Translations under genes and position numbers: made by a program
DNA from: Sporopachydermia quercuum
Taxonomy: Eukaryota
Direction: 5' to 3'
DNA: 51,462 bases
Assembly (NCBI GenBank): GCA_001599295.1
Contig: BCGN01000006.1
Location: 1,364,001 to 1,415,462, forward strand
In this document: in pieces, positions 35,514-48,090 of the stretch
Position numbering within the stretch: position 1 is the first letter of the stretch
Layout of the letters: every line of letters starts with the position of its first letter
Notes under the pieces: generated by a model
Told to the model about the DNA's origin: nothing
Databases searched by the model: none
The model's input: only the letters and a program-made list of their open reading frames with translations

Positions 35514-37498
35514 GAATGAGAGCAAAAAGCAAATTATAGATTATAGATTTATAATGTAAATAAAAATAAAAACAAGATAGAAAAACGATGCATACTCTCT
35601 GTAGAAGTTCGATAGACCTTTAACTCGATTGTAATTCAATTCAATTTATATTTAACTCGTCAATTTGATGGAAATTGTTGCGGCGAAGAGATCGGCTTAA
35701 GCTTTTATTAGCACCGATAGGACTTAAGAATGAACATTCCATCTTATATTGTATGCTATGCTACGTTATGCTACGTTATGCTACTATTCTTCATATATTT
35801 ACTCATAAACACTTCCCAGTTACATTCTTATTCTTATTTTCAAGCAGAATTTGGAGTGTGGATTTGGATTTGCTGGGCCGTTTTATCACTATTACCACTT
35901 TCTTTCAGATGAAGTCAATCACTTCGACACCTGTCGGAATCTTGAGGTATTAACCAAAATGATAATCCGCATTTGCAATAAGATTTAGCCCAACCACTGC
36001 CAACAGTTACAAGAGACTTGGTATAAAAGATTACCTAAGCGTAGAGAGCTTCCAGCTTTCGAAATGTTCGCTTCAGTGGATTGTTTACCTACAATGGACC
36101 CTATAAGCAAAGTCCATAACTGCTCTATGGGGAGCTGGATGACCTACAACGATGCTAATTTAACTGCTCTACTGGGGGAACTGAAACCAAAATTAGACCA
36201 AAAAAAAGCCAATGNCAACAAAACTGAGCTATCAATAGGCTATAATCGTAAGTCTGTCTTTTATTTGAATTGATCAGGTGAGCTTCAACGAAGAACAATC
36301 GATAATCTATATATTGCTTGATACTAATTGATGTAAAGTGATAACAGTATACCTCAAATATCTAGGTGTCCTTTAAGACCTAAACCCGAAAGGTAATTGG
36401 TAAACCAATAGTAAACTAATGAAGCATAATGCATAAAGTTTGAGGCTTCGATATAAATCAATTGTTTCCTTTTCAGATAGAAAATTTCGATTTGCTATTT
36501 ACAGTCACCAATTTCTTTTGTTAAACTACTTCCATGATTTTAGTGAAGGCAAGCAAACAATTTTGGTTCCTTAATGAAAACAAGTCTTTAAATTGGAGAT
36601 TGCCAAGAATTCAACAGGGAAAAAAACTTTGGTACCTGAATTAGTTTCCAGGAGAAGAAAAATGTATGAACAAGCGATGCAATGTAGTAAAACACTGCAT
36701 GATGATAACGAAACAATGGAGTTTCATAGAGAAATGTCTCTCAAATTTTGTTTCTAGCTTTTGGTACTACTAAATACTTCAAAATTATTATTTGCCTTGT
36801 TTATTGTTGCCGGGCAATTGATCTTAGATNCAATTCTCTTTCGGATAATAGTAAAATATTTTAATTCTTTATTTCATTTTGCAAAAGTGGGAGATTATTA
36901 GGCTATCTCATTATAAGAGGAAGTTGTCATTACTAGGGAGATTCAAGTCCTCAATCAATTCTTCATTCACAAATATTTCTTTAACAGTTATACCAGACAA
37001 ATGATGGGTTAACTGAAGAATGAAGCTAATTTTCAACTTTAAATAAAGACCTTAAACTTAACTTTTTTATTTTCTTCATTTAGTTGAGCTAAGTTTACTT
37101 CGTTTTGAGTAGATTCAAAACTTTATTCTTCTTTTGGATGTTCAGTTTTTTTTCAAACGATAAGGCTCTCACTTAGGAAGTCATATAGATGAATATACTA
37201 TTATGAAAGTTTTTACTAATTGTACTATAGAAACTTTTGGGCTCAAGAAACACCCTACCTACTTCTTCAAGTCAGTAAATTGAACGTTTGGAAAGTCACT
37301 AGCTGTGTGACAAAAGGCTTCCCTGAAGATGAAGCTCTTACTTAAGTGATAATAAATGGTGATAATAAATGGATAGATAACTTACTAATATTTAGTGGAT
37401 TTATAAATATTATCAATTTCCTTTATAGAAAAATACGTATACTTGACAATCTAATTCAAACCAGGGCATCTATAATCTAGTATATCTTCTTAATTTGT

Positions 37499-38959
37499 TT
37501 AAACGGTTTGAGCTTGAACATCAACAACAGGCGATTCATCCCATAACTTTCCAAGGTTTCCCCAAGCGTTTTCTAAGGCAGTGGACTCCTTCAATCCAAT
37601 TACTGGGAACGGTCTTCCGGTAGAATTTAGTGGTTCAGGTCCTCCTCCCAAAGTCGTGAGCTCATTCAAGTATTTAACTGCAGCCTTAACACCAATAGTA
37701 TGATATGGTCTTGAAGAACCAAAATTTAAGTACCTTTCATCTATCCACTTCTGCTGTTCTTCTCTATTTGGTAATGTTATTTTTCCTGAAAAAACTCGTG
37801 AAACTAATACTGCTTGATATTCGAATACTCTAAAACTTAGGCCATCAATTGGGACACCTACCAATGCCAATGTAGGATCGTCGATATAAAATGTATGCTG
37901 GAAAACTTTTGGCAAAATCACTCCATCAGTGAAACCAGGTACTGATTTTCGAAGAAAGGGAAATGAGAAATGGTATCCAGTACCATAAATTACCTTATCC
38001 ACATCCCTCTCAATGGTATTATCTGAAAACTTAACATCAAGCTTATTAGTATCTGGATTAATTGAATATTTCACAATTGATGGTTTTACTTCAATTTCTT
38101 CAACACCAAAGACAGGAATTAATACGGAGTTTGGGTTTCTCTTAGATAAAATAACCTTGCTAGCAAACTTTCTTATGCAGCTTGAAATATCAGCACCTGA
38201 AGCTCTTGAACCCACAACAATTACTTTCTGATCTTTATAATCAGAAGGTTCACGATACAGCTTGGCATGCTCAATTGCATTTGGAACCTTTTGTAAAACC
38301 TCATTTATTCCATCAACGTCTGGAAGGTAAGGTACATGGTAATGCCCAGTAGCAATTACAACGGCATCGTATTTCTTTTGTCTCCATTTGAAAAGCTGTT
38401 TTCCGTCATTATCAACTACTACTTCTTTCAAAGATAAAACCCATTTATCATCCGATTTAGTTACAGATTCAACAGTGGTGTTATAATTGATATGACTTGG
38501 ATGTCTATTTAAATATTCACTAATATACTGTTGAACAAAGTTAGCTGATGTGTAGTGTTCATCATCTGACTTATCCTTTGCAGGCCATTGAGGTTGATCT
38601 GAATATGTCATTATTAACTCAGGAATATTAGTTCTCATTCCTTTGTAAGATGGAGTATGGACATATCTATTATGATCAGAACTAGCTGGTTCATAAACGA
38701 TTTCATCATCTTTCAGAGAAGGTGGCTCTATTGGTGGATCAATGCTTTCGTCAAACTTTCCAGGCTTTAGCCTTATTGGATCAGGCTTCGGATCGAGCAC
38801 CCAAATTCCTCCTGGAACATCTCTTCTTTCAAATAAATCAATAGTATCAAATGCCTTTTCTTGAATCAATGAGTCAAGTGCAATTGCTCCTGACGCACCA
38901 CCACCTATTATGGCCACTGATGATGCTTTAAATGGTTTTGAAACGGTTGAAGTTGGCAT
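37499..38959 (-). CDS. Flavin-containing monooxygenase (Fmo1-like, class B), 486 aa
   Basis: IIGGGASG (FAD), GGIW, VIATGHY, HAKLYR (FMO fingerprint), VVGSRASGAD (NADPH), GTGYHFSFPFL. Confidence 0.92.
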   Translation of the reverse strand: MPTSTVSKPFKASSVAIIGGGASGAIALDSLIQEKAFDTIDLFERRDVPGGIWVLDPKPDPIRLKPGKFDESIDPPIEPPSLKDDEIVYEPASSDHNRYVHTPSYKGMRTNIPELIMTYSDQPQWPAKDKSDDEHYTSANFVQQYISEYLNRHPSHINYNTTVESVTKSDDKWVLSLKEVVVDNDGKQLFKWRQKKYDAVVIATGHYHVPYLPDVDGINEVLQKVPNAIEHAKLYREPSDYKDQKVIVVGSRASGADISSCIRKFASKVILSKRNPNSVLIPVFGVEEIEVKPSIVKYSINPDTNKLDVKFSDNTIERDVDKVIYGTGYHFSFPFLRKSVPGFTDGVILPKVFQHTFYIDDPTLALVGVPIDGLSFRVFEYQAVLVSRVFSGKITLPNREEQQKWIDERYLNFGSSRPYHTIGVKAAVKYLNELTTLGGGPEPLNSTGRPFPVIGLKESTALENAWGNLGKLWDESPVVDVQAQTV

Positions 38960-40047
38960 TGCGATGATCTTAGCAAAGTCTAACCTTTTTCACTTAGAAT
39001 TAATTGAATTCCAGAAAAAAGTAGAAATAGTTGTTCAAACTAAGCAAAAGTTTTTGATATACTGTCAAACTACACAGCAACTTCAAAATATTTATAGAGA
39101 TACATTAGAACTTGTAAAACACATATCTATTCAATAGATGTTGTAATCCAACAAGAAGAAGAACTCATAATGGAACGACTTTTTTTTTCCTTTCTCTTTT
39201 CTCAATCTACTCATTTGTGAGAATCACGTTAAAGATTCACCAAATGAGTAATGTCTACCTTGAACATAATGTGAGAATTGTAGCTAAGAGTTGCTAAGGC
39301 ATATTCATGTTTCTTTTTGCTATGTAGAAACAAAATAACTTTAGACTTTCGAGATATGCGTAATCTCAGAGAATTTGACGCAATATCTGAATGATATTTA
39401 AAAGAGATAGCAGAACCTTAAATTGAATGATTACAGTGTATTATCGAATCTAGAATTATAGTTTTATTATTGCTAAAGCATTTCGGACACTTCACTCTTT
39501 TGAGTACAATAAGATCCACTTATTCAAAATGTTTGAACTCTAATGGGATTCAGATTAGAGTTTCTGAGCTGATTTGAGTTAATTTGCTTAGTTGATGAAG
39601 ATTTCACTCTACATAAACCAAACATGTTTATCCTTCGAAACCGAAATAATTCAGTCACTTCAAAGTTCTTAAGTACAAGTAAGTGAAAGCTTCAATGTAA
39701 GAATAACTGAAGGTTTCCACTGTTCCACATAGAGAAACGGGATAACGATTATTACTTATTTGAATTTGGTCTCACTGAAATACTGAGGATGGAGTGTTAG
39801 TTTTGTCTGCATTTCATGATCTTTCACATCCCTTAGTTTATTAAGGAGTTGCTATCAAGCAAGAATTGAAGAGATTGGAAGTCAGATAGTCTATATAATG
39901 TTAGAAGTATCATTGTTATTTCTCTAATCGAATTCTAGTATATGAATTATATTTTATTCTTTTGTTCATTCTCAGGAAAAGTGCAAGATATTACTTTCTC
40001 TCAATATTTGTCCACCTTCAAAAGCTTTCCAGTCTCACTAGCAAAAA

Positions 40048-41253
40048 ATGGCACCTACAGTTATTTCTGTTCAGGATATCATTGATACTGATGAAAAGTT
40101 TCAGAAGTTAGTAATTGATCCCACAACTAAGGTACCTCTGGGAAAGAATGCTTCGTTTGTAGAACACATACCGGAAAATACCAGAATTAGATTTGAGAAG
40201 CATGGTATTGATTTGAGTAAGGGCTACCCTAGCAGATTTGAAGTTATTCCGATCTATCTGGATGAAGCTGAGAAGATTAGAAGTGAGGACTGGCCCTACA
40301 TTGAACGAGGAAAGAACGCTGATCCTGAGAAGAAGGCTCTTTTTGGTGCTGCTAAAGAAGTAATTGATTTGACTCCTCATATTGGTACTGAAATTGTCGG
40401 TCTTCAGTTAGCAGATTTGACTGATCAACAAAAAGATGAACTTGCTCTTTTGATTGCGGAAAGAACTGTCGTGTTTTTCAGGGANCAAGACTTGTCACCT
40501 CAAAAGCAATTGGAACTTGGACATTACTTTGGTAAAGTAGAGGTACATCCTATCTCACCCCATATTCCAGAATTACCTGGTACAACTATTGTATGGCCGG
40601 ATTATGCCAGACTCAAAGAGGGTCACCACTATAATCATAAGAAGCCATTTGCCACGGCCTTGTGGCATGCTGATTTATCTCATGAACATCAACCAGGTGG
40701 AATTACGCATTTACATCTTGATCAAATTCCTAAAATTGGTGGTGACACATTGTGGGCATCTGGTTATGCGGCTTACGATAAGTTATCGCCAGCTTTAAAA
40801 GAATTCTTAGATGGAAAGTATGCAGTTTACAGATCTTTTAACGGTTATATAGACAGGAATGATCCATTGAGTGGACCAAAGTTCTTAGAACGAGAGCATC
40901 CTCTTATTAGAACTCACCCTGCAACTGGTTGGAAGGCTTTATCAATCAATAGAAACTATACTACTAGAATAGTTGGATTAGAACCTGCGGAGAGTGACAT
41001 GTTACTAGAATATTTATTAAGTGTTTTTGAAAAAAATCTCGATATACAAGTAAGATTTAAATGGACAGCTTCTGATAAGCCAGGATATGGAACTTCTGCT
41101 ATTTGGGATAACAGAATCTCTCAACATTATGCTGTATATGATTATGAAGGTAACGAACCTCGTCATGGAGTAAGAGTAACATCACTAGCTGAAAGACCTT
41201 ACTTTGATCCTAACTCCAAATCAAGAAGGGAAGCCCTTGGCTTGCAGTTGTAA
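40048..41253 (+). CDS. JLP1: Fe(II)/alpha-ketoglutarate sulfonate dioxygenase (TauD/Jlp1 family), copy A1, 401 aa
   Basis: LTPHIGTEIVGLQL, ERTVVFFR, WHADLSHE (HxD), GGDTLWAS, HPLIRTHPATGWK, AIWDNRISQH. Confidence 0.92.
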   Translation: MAPTVISVQDIIDTDEKFQKLVIDPTTKVPLGKNASFVEHIPENTRIRFEKHGIDLSKGYPSRFEVIPIYLDEAEKIRSEDWPYIERGKNADPEKKALFGAAKEVIDLTPHIGTEIVGLQLADLTDQQKDELALLIAERTVVFFRXQDLSPQKQLELGHYFGKVEVHPISPHIPELPGTTIVWPDYARLKEGHHYNHKKPFATALWHADLSHEHQPGGITHLHLDQIPKIGGDTLWASGYAAYDKLSPALKEFLDGKYAVYRSFNGYIDRNDPLSGPKFLEREHPLIRTHPATGWKALSINRNYTTRIVGLEPAESDMLLEYLLSVFEKNLDIQVRFKWTASDKPGYGTSAIWDNRISQHYAVYDYEGNEPRHGVRVTSLAERPYFDPNSKSRREALGLQL

Positions 41254-42073
41254 AAAAATATTGTATACAGTTAAATATTAATATACTTTCAGTATTTTCC
41301 CTTATTAAGGAGAGATAATAGGCAGAGAAGAACGTTCTATTCGTCAAATTCTAACCGAAAAATAGTACGACTATATTACAGATAGTTGATTACGTTATAG
41401 ACTACATAGAATATAAATGTAGAGTATATTTGAAAATACTTACAAAACGTAGTTGCATCCAAATACAAATCAAAGTTTCTTTCTTGCCACTAGAAGAACG
41501 AACAATACACACCATTTCCATCTCATACTCCTATGTTAATTATATTGTGTGGAATATTTATCTCAATTGAGCTTCCAAACGAGAAGTCATTGCACATTTG
41601 GCTGCTGGAAATACTAATATTTCAGTAATATCGTGCAATTTCACATTGTCCCTAGTTGTTAAACTTAAATCTGGTTAAAGTTTAAGATAGGGTTTGACTC
41701 TAAATAAGGTTAACGCTTATGTTTCATGTTTCAAATGCTAATTGCTTAAAACCTTAAAGTGATTAGTAAGGTTGTTATGAAAGTAGACTTCAACTGAACC
41801 ATATGATCCCTGAACTATACTGATGATCTGATTAGTAAAACATAACTGATCAACGTGATCTTGCGCTATAGAATGTGGAGATTGCTCTTCAGCTTTCAAA
41901 TTCAAAAGTTTGTTATATATTAATTGATAAAGAGGGCTTTCCCAAAAGCTCAGGCATTAATGGATGGAGTTTAGGATAATAGAAGAACTTGTAACTCAGT
42001 AAATTACTTCGTAGTTAAAAGTACCGAATAAGCTTAAGAAGTGATTGTTCAACAAATATCTTTTATTTAAACA

Positions 42074-43270
42074 ATGGCCCCTAGTACTACAACCGTTGAG
42101 GAGACTCAAACAAAATTTGAGAATCTTGTTGTTTCAACCAAACCAAAGGTTGCATTGGGAAAAGAAGCTTCCTATATTGAAAAGCTTCCACCAAATACGA
42201 AGATCAGATTCGAGAAACATGGAATTGATTTAAGTAACGGTTATCCTTCAAGAACTGAAGATATTCCAATCTACGTTGACGAGGCATTCGCTATCAGAAA
42301 TGAAGACTACCCATATATTGAACGAGGAAAGAACGCTGACCCTGAAAAGAAGGCTCTTTTTGGTGCTGCTAAAGAAGTAATTGATTTGACTCCTCATATT
42401 GGTACTGAAATTGTCGGTCTTCAGTTAGCAGATTTGACTGATCAACAAAAAGATGAACTTGCTCTTTTGATTGCGGAAAGAACTGTCGTGTTTTTCAGGG
42501 ACCAAGACTTGTCACCTCAAAAGCAATTGGAACTTGGACATTACTATGGTCAAGTTGAAGTACATCCTCAAGTTCCATTTGTTCCTGGATTACAAGGCAC
42601 CTCAATTATTTGGCCCGATTATGCCAGTGGAAAGGAAAAAATTCCAACAAACTATAGACGACAAGGTGGAACTGCTGTTTGGCACACTGACTTAGTCCAC
42701 GAACATCAACCTGCAGGTATTACACATTTACATCTTGATCAAATTCCTAAAGTTGGTGGTGANACAGTCTGGGCATCTGGCTATGCTGCATACGATAAGN
42801 TATCTCCTGCCTTGCAAGAATTTTTAGAGGACAAAACTGCCATTTNNANTTCNNCTCACNANTATATTGACAGGGATGACCCTTTGTCTGGTCCCAAGTT
42901 TGTTGAACGGGAACATAGAATTGTTCGCACTCATCCAGCAACTGGTTGGAAATCATTGTATGTTAATCGCAAGATGACCACACGTATTGTCGGACTTGAG
43001 CCAGGAGAGAGTGATGCAATTCTCAATTATCTTTATAACGTATTCGAAGATAATCTTGACATCCAAGTGAGATTCAATTGGCAACCTTCAGATAAAGCAG
43101 GATATGGAACTTCTGCTATTTGGGATAACAGAATCTCTCAGCATTTTGCCGTCTACGATTACGAAGGAAATGAACCTCGACATGGCACTAGAGTCACTTC
43201 GTTAGCCGAGAAGCCATTCTTGGATCCTAACTCAAAATCAAGAAGAGAAGCATTAGGCTTATCTGTTTAA
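42074..43270 (+). CDS. JLP1: TauD/Jlp1-family dioxygenase, copy B1, 398 aa
   Basis: Same motifs (WHTDLVHE, AIWDNRISQH). Several N bases at 42762-42862. Confidence 0.9.
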   Translation: MAPSTTTVEETQTKFENLVVSTKPKVALGKEASYIEKLPPNTKIRFEKHGIDLSNGYPSRTEDIPIYVDEAFAIRNEDYPYIERGKNADPEKKALFGAAKEVIDLTPHIGTEIVGLQLADLTDQQKDELALLIAERTVVFFRDQDLSPQKQLELGHYYGQVEVHPQVPFVPGLQGTSIIWPDYASGKEKIPTNYRRQGGTAVWHTDLVHEHQPAGITHLHLDQIPKVGGXTVWASGYAAYDKXSPALQEFLEDKTAIXXXXHXYIDRDDPLSGPKFVEREHRIVRTHPATGWKSLYVNRKMTTRIVGLEPGESDAILNYLYNVFEDNLDIQVRFNWQPSDKAGYGTSAIWDNRISQHFAVYDYEGNEPRHGTRVTSLAEKPFLDPNSKSRREALGLSV

Positions 43271-43602
43271 GTTATGTAGTTTCTACAAACATTTTATAAT
43301 TTTCTTGTATATTGGTTGTTTAATTCTTAGAATATTTGTAGGCATTTTTAACACTTCAAATCCATCTTCTATTTATTTCCTAAATTTGTTATCTTAAATA
43401 TATACAATTTTGGGTTCGTGTTAGATCAAAATCTCTTATACTTAAGATTTGCTATCAGGATGTCTTTCAGGACATGTTATTTGAATATACAAAATCTAAA
43501 GTCAAAGTGCATTGATTGATGTAACAAAAAAAAAATCAAATAAATCCAATGTCTATTTAAATAGAATTACTTCACTAAATAAAGATAAAACTGGAACAAG
43601 AC

Positions 43603-45174
43603 TCAGTTGATAGAGATTTCCTCGGAGCTTTGAAGTTTCTCACTTTCTTTCAATTCTTCAACTTCTTCAGCGTTTGCAGGAGGTATACTTCTCCAAAATC
43701 CTGATCCAATTTTCTTGCTTTGAATGAACATTATTATAGCAGCAACAGCAGCAATAAGAAGAGTGAATACTGTAACGACAATGTTTCCTTTAGTGACAAA
43801 AGGTTGATGATGGGTGGGGAACATCACGATAGGTGTCCATGCCAAGAAGGAGTAAGCAACCGAGTTCATGATTGTGGACACGAACGCTCTCTTGATAGGT
43901 TCACCTAACATCGATTCATTAACCCATGTCCATACTAAAGCAGCAGTACCACCTTGGAAGCCAAACAAATAGTAAAGAGCCCATCTACCTGCTTTATTGG
44001 CAGGGTGAACGGGCACCAAAACAATAGCTAGCAGCACAAAAAATTGGAAGATCCAAACAGCGACGACTACAGGACCTCTTTTTCCTTTAAGCCAATCATC
44101 TGATATGTAACAGTATATGACAGTAGAAACAATTTGAATAGCTTGTGTGCCAGTAGGATAAACGTTGATCTGATATACAGAAAACTCTTGTTGTTCTGCT
44201 GTATTGTATGATTTGAACCAGAAGGGCATTTGTTGACCAACTTGACTTGAAATACATAGCAAACTGAACAGCAGTGGGAAGAAAAAAATCTGCCAGGTTT
44301 GGAACCAAGTAATGACATCTTTCCAGGCATACTTAACATGAAGTTTTGCTTCTATTGGAACACGTTTTCTCGCTAATTTCAATTCTTTCTCGGAAAACTT
44401 CCAGTTGGGCTTTTGCATTCTAGGAACATCGGGTAAAAAGAAGAAGGCTGCTAGTGCTAATGGTAATGAAATAATTCCATCAACAATAAACAGCCATCTC
44501 CATCCAGATCGACCAGCGACACCATTAAGACCATTGTAGGCGGCAGCTTGAAGATAACCACTGAACATAGGACCAACAGCAGTACAGAACTGAATGATAC
44601 CTGCACGCTTAGCAACTTCAGATTTAGTGTACCAAGAAGCTGTTATATAAATAATGCCAGGGAAATGTCCACTTTCAATGAAACCAAGCAAAAATCGAAT
44701 TCCATATAATGTAGGCATATCATTGACAACAGCTGTACAGAAAGTTAAGACTGACCAGGTTACTTCTAAAAATGGTAACCAGTAGTGAGGCTTAACCTTC
44801 GTTAGGATTAAATTTGATGGAATTTGACCGAGAACATAACCAACACTCCATAACATATTAGCATAATTCAACTCATTGCCGTACATGCTAAGTTCTTCCT
44901 TCATACCAGAAACAAAGGCATTGTTAATATTAGCTTGATCCAAGTATCTGAGAAAGACACCTACACAACCAGTGAATAGTAGTGTGGCATCAAGCTTCAA
45001 CAGAAACCATCTTTCATCTTTTGGTTTATCAAGAGTATCCCAAATATGACCTCTCCATGTCTTTGGAGGTTCAACATAAAGGGATTCTTCATCTGAATCA
45101 GTACGAAGTTCTGATTCAGAACTCTTAATAGAAGTTACTGTTTCGTTTTCTTTTCGAGCCATGATTGAAACCAT
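43603..45174 (-). CDS. MFS transporter, Dal5/ACS family (Seo1/Fen2/Liz1-like)
   Basis: KLDATLL, YLDQANINNAFVSGMKEEL, GYVLGQIPSNL, RFLLGFIESG, GLNGVAGRSGWRWLFIVDG. First ATG at 45174, alternative at 45162. The ORF-track start 45189 is TTG. Confidence 0.9.
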   Translation of the reverse strand: MVSIMARKENETVTSIKSSESELRTDSDEESLYVEPPKTWRGHIWDTLDKPKDERWFLLKLDATLLFTGCVGVFLRYLDQANINNAFVSGMKEELSMYGNELNYANMLWSVGYVLGQIPSNLILTKVKPHYWLPFLEVTWSVLTFCTAVVNDMPTLYGIRFLLGFIESGHFPGIIYITASWYTKSEVAKRAGIIQFCTAVGPMFSGYLQAAAYNGLNGVAGRSGWRWLFIVDGIISLPLALAAFFFLPDVPRMQKPNWKFSEKELKLARKRVPIEAKLHVKYAWKDVITWFQTWQIFFFPLLFSLLCISSQVGQQMPFWFKSYNTAEQQEFSVYQINVYPTGTQAIQIVSTVIYCYISDDWLKGKRGPVVVAVWIFQFFVLLAIVLVPVHPANKAGRWALYYLFGFQGGTAALVWTWVNESMLGEPIKRAFVSTIMNSVAYSFLAWTPIVMFPTHHQPFVTKGNIVVTVFTLLIAAVAAIIMFIQSKKIGSGFWRSIPPANAEEVEELKESEKLQSSEEISIN

Positions 45175-47134
45175 GCAAATCACAATCAAGAGAACAATCA
45201 GTACTTATGAAGTTCTTACTTGTCATAAAGAGAACAGAGAAGTACCAGGATAGATTCGATCATGATTTATTTGGATCTAATGAAGTAAGGAATGAGCTGT
45301 ATTTATAATGAATTCATCAAGGTTCTAATTTTCACTTTTTATTCAGGTCTCTAAATGAAAATAGATTCTTGTAACATAAAAGCAAGTATACTTGCTTCGG
45401 AGAGACATAGTTCACATAGTAACTAAAAAATCTTACGTTAAACCAATCGCCGGTACCAACTTTTTTACTTATTCAAGTAATAGCTGATAAAAACCGATTA
45501 CAACATACATGGCTCGAATTATGAAAAATTGCAGAATATTTCAACTTCACAGGTTCCATAGTTTTCAAAGATACTAATGAAAGAATGAATTCAGCTCTGA
45601 TTGCTTGATTATAAAGTTTGGGTACTTAAATCCCAAGTAATTCCATATTATTATCTCATTGAAGGTTTGCCAAGTAGATTAATTTCTTGGGGAAAATTGG
45701 CAACTGTGACTAAGTTGATCAATACAGTTATAGTTGAAAAGTCTGATTATAGATTATAGATTATAGGCTCACAAGGAAACATACAAGAGGAGATACTGAA
45801 ACTAAAAGAAAAATAGTAGAAAAACAGGCAATCCATGGGTCAGGCTTGAGGAAAGTAGTCAGATCAGATAACTGACTTTGAACCTTTAGGATTACAATTT
45901 ATATTTCTTAAATGAGAAAGAATGGAAAAAAGCATATTAAGCAAAATAAGCAGGGTTTGCTGTAAGGGTTCTGAACCTTATTTCTGAAGATGTAACTTAC
46001 AAACTTTTTGATGAGCATTTGACGATACATAACATAGATACATAATCAAATAAATTTAGTAAAAAGAATAGCTTACAATAAAAGTAAGTAAATTTTTAGT
46101 ATGTTATAGAAGCTGGAATGGTGATACCCAAGAAGTGCAAGCCATGAGTTGAATTCTTGACTCATTTCTTCCTTTGCAATATTTNTATCAATTAAGGTTT
46201 AGTCTTCGAGACTGCTTTATTCTTTTTTGCCTTTCTATGACTTTAATGAAGTTTTCTATTTTTCTATTGAAGCACAACACAAGAGAGAAAGAAAAATTAT
46301 GAGCAAGGGAAACCGATAGAGAGAAGAAGTCAGCTCCTGACAACCATGTTTTATTTATTCTCTANGAAAATGTTAAAACTCATAAGAATTCTACTAATTA
46401 GATTTCGGCTAGCTCTCGCTAAAGTGAAAAGAAGAAGAGGTTTACAATCAATTAGAGTTTAACGAAGGGTTAAACGCTAAATAAAACCGACTAGACAGTA
46501 AGTTGAAACACTGAGAGTGTTTGTCTATAGGTACGTAGATAATCCTGACATTAGAACAATACAAAATATGAATATACAACGAGAGTTATAAGTTTAATAG
46601 TCTTGATTTTCAGTGAAATTTCATTAATACCGAATAAAAGAAAAGAAAATGAATGGAACATAATAGCAGAGCACGGAGTAGATCGTACTATCCTGCCGTC
46701 TTTCTTTTATTATTTATTTTATTCTCCTGCATTTCCTCAGTATAACAGGAATTGCGATCTAAACCCCACATACATTTTTTGATGTCTCTGAACATATAGT
46801 TTTAGCACATTACATACATCATACACTCTCTGTACAGCTCTAGAGATTTCTCGTATTGCATAAGGTCAAAAGAACAATTCTAACATCTTTCTACTTCTGA
46901 TATTTCCATTCTCTTGTTGCAAGGCTCAGTTAGAAGCACATTCATGTAGACAATTTGATCTTTTTGTATTGAATAAACATTTTTAGATCAGTGACAGCAA
47001 AAATGTGAAAGAAACAGTACCCGACAACCATATTTCCTTGGTGACAGAAGATTATTTTTTTAGCAACAGAAAGTGGACAAAAGGCTTCTGAGGTTACGGA
47101 ATAGTAGAAAGAAATGTTCATCAACATTTAACAA

Positions 47135-47143
47135 CCACAGTTT
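47135..47143 (-). promoter_or_regulatory. Met31/Met32 consensus site (AAACTGTGG) in the divergent MFS/JLP1-A2 spacer
   Basis: CCACAGTTT on the + strand is an exact reverse complement, but it lies about 2 kb from both ATGs. Confidence 0.35.
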
Positions 47144-48063
47144 TCAAGATCTATCCCCAAAACTGTTTACTTCTGTTTAATAAATGATAGGAACTATGAA
47201 GCCAACCACTGAACACAGAGCTAACAATAGACAGAATTGAATGATTTCCGAACGCTTTGCAGTGTTACATTGCTACTTTCAGTGCCTGTCTATGAATGAG
47301 TTCAGGTACTAGAATTTTTATGAAACAACACTCGTAGCTCACTCATTGTCGAGAATTAAAGAAGTTAACTTTTCAATGGAATCATTACAATTATAATAAT
47401 TGGAAATATATTGGAATAGCATCTGTTTAAATGAAAAATGGTTATGTAAATTTCCTTTTCTTTCTTGATCATACCTTAGCTCTAGAACATGGCAATAACC
47501 TACTTTGTCTTATTTGGGTTGTACTGATATTCTAATAAAGACTTCTCAAGAAGATTGTTGTATTTTTATTTTCAAAAGCTCCATAAATCGTTACTACGTG
47601 TTTAAATAATGCACAAAAATGATAGACCGGAGGTCATCCACAAAACTTTCACAAGCTTACTTCTAGCAGTCTGTTTCCATTAGTATTTACCAATTCTAAA
47701 ATCTGGGTACACTATTCAAAAATAGAAAGTCGACCATAATCTGAGTAGTAGAAAAGTGATATAAACATATAAATAGCACGGTGCAAGTCACTATATCATT
47801 CAATATAATAATTCTTACAATAAAATAACAAAAAACAACATACAAATCGCAAATGACAACTCCAGGTTTCACCGCATAATTAAAAATACTACCAAAATCA
47901 GTCTGGAAAACAATATTTAAAAAAATAATAGTTCACTTCGACCATTTCTCGTCTTCCTTAATTTTTCCTGTATGTTATGTTATTCTTTATCCTGATCATC
48001 ACAGACTCATCACAATCGCAAACTGATAAATCAATTTGGTTCCAACTTGTTTACCGCATTAAG

Positions 48064-48090
48064 TAACTGAATTAACTGAATTAACTGAAT
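48064..48090. repeat. 9-bp tandem repeat (TAACTGAAT x3)
   Basis: Read directly. Confidence 0.85.
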
